From: Takakia lepidozioides
Taxonomy: Eukaryota; Plantae; Bryophyta
NCBI GenBank assembly: GCA_030704615.1
Contig: CM060731.1
Location: 21,328,001 to 21,392,000, forward strand
DNA length: 64,000 nt
Reading direction: 5' to 3'
The number at the start of each line of letters is the position of its first letter. The first letter of the stretch is position 1. Under the pieces are notes generated by a model. The model saw only the letters and a list, made by a program, of their open reading frames with translations. It was not told where the DNA came from and made no database searches. This document shows positions 61,942 to 64,000 of this stretch, in pieces. The position numbers and the translations under genes were made by a program.

Positions 61942-61982
<41 letters not shown>

Positions 61983-63465
61983 TAACCACAAACCTTAGCT
62001 TTGAGCTCAGCAGAGATGCCGAGAGCTTCAGGTTGGTACAGCTGTCCTGATTTCACTCGCACTGCACATGCTGTGCAGCATCCTATATATGCCACAGTCC
62101 CACACATAACATCACATTGGCAAGAGGCACTAACATAATGAAGGCACTCAATGTGCAATTTCAAATATACCACGACATATCTAAGTGCAGTGCTATGAGA
62201 AATCTCACAACCAGGAAGACAAAGGAAATAGGACACTGACTAAAGCATTGTCACTTTAGTGCCTCCTTAAGCCATAATGAGAAGCTGTTCAGTTTCGAAG
62301 TGAACAGCCACTCACAATGCCACTGAGACATCTTTGCTCTCCAACTCTTCCCATCAAGCTTTCAAAAACCCCAAAACCCATTTTGGCAAGAGGATTCTCC
62401 CGCCTGTAGCTAGGTAGAGATCTATAACTAGGTTGCTGTGGACTTGACCTAGAGTTTGGCAACAGTGCCCTGACCTATGTGTTGGAAGCTGACCCTCCAC
62501 AGAATTGAGCCAGACTGTACCGTGTCTGCATGAAAATGGCAAGTCTATTTTTTGCTCCTCCCCTGTTTGAAGAACGTATTGATCCTGCATACCATCCACC
62601 CTTCAGCCCGTCTGCATCCATACACCTTTCCATGTATTTTCTTGGGTGAGTTATTTATAGTCTTTAAATGAGGCCCCAAAAGATGCACTCGGGGACCAAT
62701 CCCTCTTGCCCTCTAGGAGTAGTCCTCTCTGGATGCTAGGCTGTTGTAACCACCATTTGCACCAACCAGGGAAGTCCAGGCCAAAATGACCATGCACAGT
62801 AAAATAACAGCCCCAGACAGGTAGTTGCCTCTTGGCTTCATGGTTGGCAGTGATATCATTGCTACTGTAGCCCTGTAATGGGGATCCAAACTCGAGAGAG
62901 AAATAAAGAGAAAGAGGAAGACTATAATTACTTACTTTCTGTTCCCCATCAGCTTCTTCCACTGGACCACTCAATTTCACATACTTGTCAAAATATGTTT
63001 CTCTGAGTTTTTTGCCCGCAGTGAGCACGCAACTCACACATATGAAATGCTCTCTCTCTCTCTCCAGTAACCGGAAGCCTACTCAGTCATCATGCCTCGG
63101 TATAGAGCCAAAAGGCTACGGCGGCACAACGTAATGTGAATTCAAATCCACACCCGCCCCATTTCTCACACAGGAACAAACACAAGATAAGATGGGAAGA
63201 AAGACATGTTTCGACCCACCTCTGGAACTGGAAATTGGTGAGTGACACCGCGCTGCCGGTCGTGGACGGTCACCATATGCACAGGCACTTCATACCATTC
63301 CGAGGGGTCGTCAACCTCGGTCTCCATAGCCAGACTTTCCACCGTCTCTCTGACATTTCCCACAGCTGCCCGCACAGCCACACAGGGCGATGAAGGCCTG
63401 CGCTCACTCTGTGGCAGGGCCACAATGGAGCACAGAGGTGCTCTCAAGCCAGTATAAGCAGCCAT
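60628..63465 (-). CDS. FDC2: Ferredoxin C2 (plastid, C-terminally extended); exons ~63465-63220, 62584-62521, 62083-61995, 61397-61329, 61126-61082, 60672-60628
   Basis: PVHMVTVHDRQRGVTHQFPVPE|DQYVL...LPFSCRH|GCCTACAVRVKSG...|GYGLLCVGFPLSDLEVETQDEDE|VYWLQFGRYFARGPV|ERDDFALELAMGDE. Confidence 0.93.
61796..61980 (-). mobile_element. Family-B remnant with repeated tail copies and a (GA)n microsatellite
   Basis: gaat(a/g)tactcata appears twice, followed by ctcataagacgttgttttgtagccttgtggccatag. Confidence 0.6.
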
Positions 63466-63654
63466 AGCTGAAAGCCGTGCCAATGCCTTTGAGCTTTTGG
63501 TCTCTCTTGTCGTTGGGTAGCGATGGTCTAGCCCCCCTCTGGACTTTGTTTACAAGTGTTTATATATATATTTAGAGAGAGAGAGAGAGCACTCATCTCT
63601 CACTATTTTTCTTGCCATCTCTGATTTCTTGCTCAAGAGTGACATGGAACCTTT

Positions 63655-63757
63655 GGGAGTGTAACTCCAATAGGGGTGACACCAAATGGAGTGTAACTCC
63701 ACTCGGTGTCACTCTCACTTGGTCTCTAAATTTGACCAAGTCCAAATTTGGCTAAGT
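63655..63757. repeat. Palindrome/hairpin-rich segment upstream of FDC2
   Basis: ggagtgtaactcc twice, hairpin ggggtgacacc...ggtgtcactct at 63672-63715, and a second hairpin acttggtc...gaccaagt at 63718-63741. Confidence 0.55.
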
Positions 63758-64000
63758 ATAAAATGTACTAAGAGGAGATACACAAGACAGCAGTGACGCA
63801 GTACGGGGTGACACGAACCAGCACCAGAGGAGCCGGAGTGACATTTGACAGGGAGCCTGCTGGAGAACCTGTGAGAGTACAGTCAGATCGCATCCGTGCA
63901 TTATGTTCTTACATCATTCCTGTTGTTTTCCCATGAGGCCCTTGATTACGCTGAGAGTATCAAATTTAGTGCATTATCCCATGGAGCTTATGGCGGAAGC

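Overview
Gene-dense eukaryotic nuclear DNA from a seed-free land plant. The evidence is spliceosomal introns, plant orthologues, two flagellar genes (enkurin, CFAP206) and PLS-DYW RNA-editing PPR genes; a bryophyte is inferred. From left to right: a broken PLS-DYW PPR pseudogene, plastid RbfA (-) head-to-head with LSm4 (+), a PHOS32/34-like USP, enkurin, malonyl-CoA synthetase AAE13 (-), an intron-containing histone H2B (-) with classic plant histone promoter motifs, an intact 23-repeat PLS-DYW editing factor (-), CFAP206 (+), CCCH nucleoporin CG1/NUP42 (-), TMEM192/FIP1 (+) and ferredoxin C2 (-). Introns and spacers carry three dispersed repeat families: an RTE-X-like LINE with visible target-site duplications (TSDs) and many very short 3' remnants, a second element ending in (CATTT)n, and a tRNA-derived SINE. 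The most unusual structure is a ~200-bp-arm inverted repeat made of Ty3/gypsy integrase sequence inside a CFAP206 intron, a candidate hairpin/small-RNA source. No prokaryote-type system (CRISPR, operon, rRNA) is present. Exon boundaries were read by eye from GT/AG sites, phase and remembered family motifs; no database search was run.
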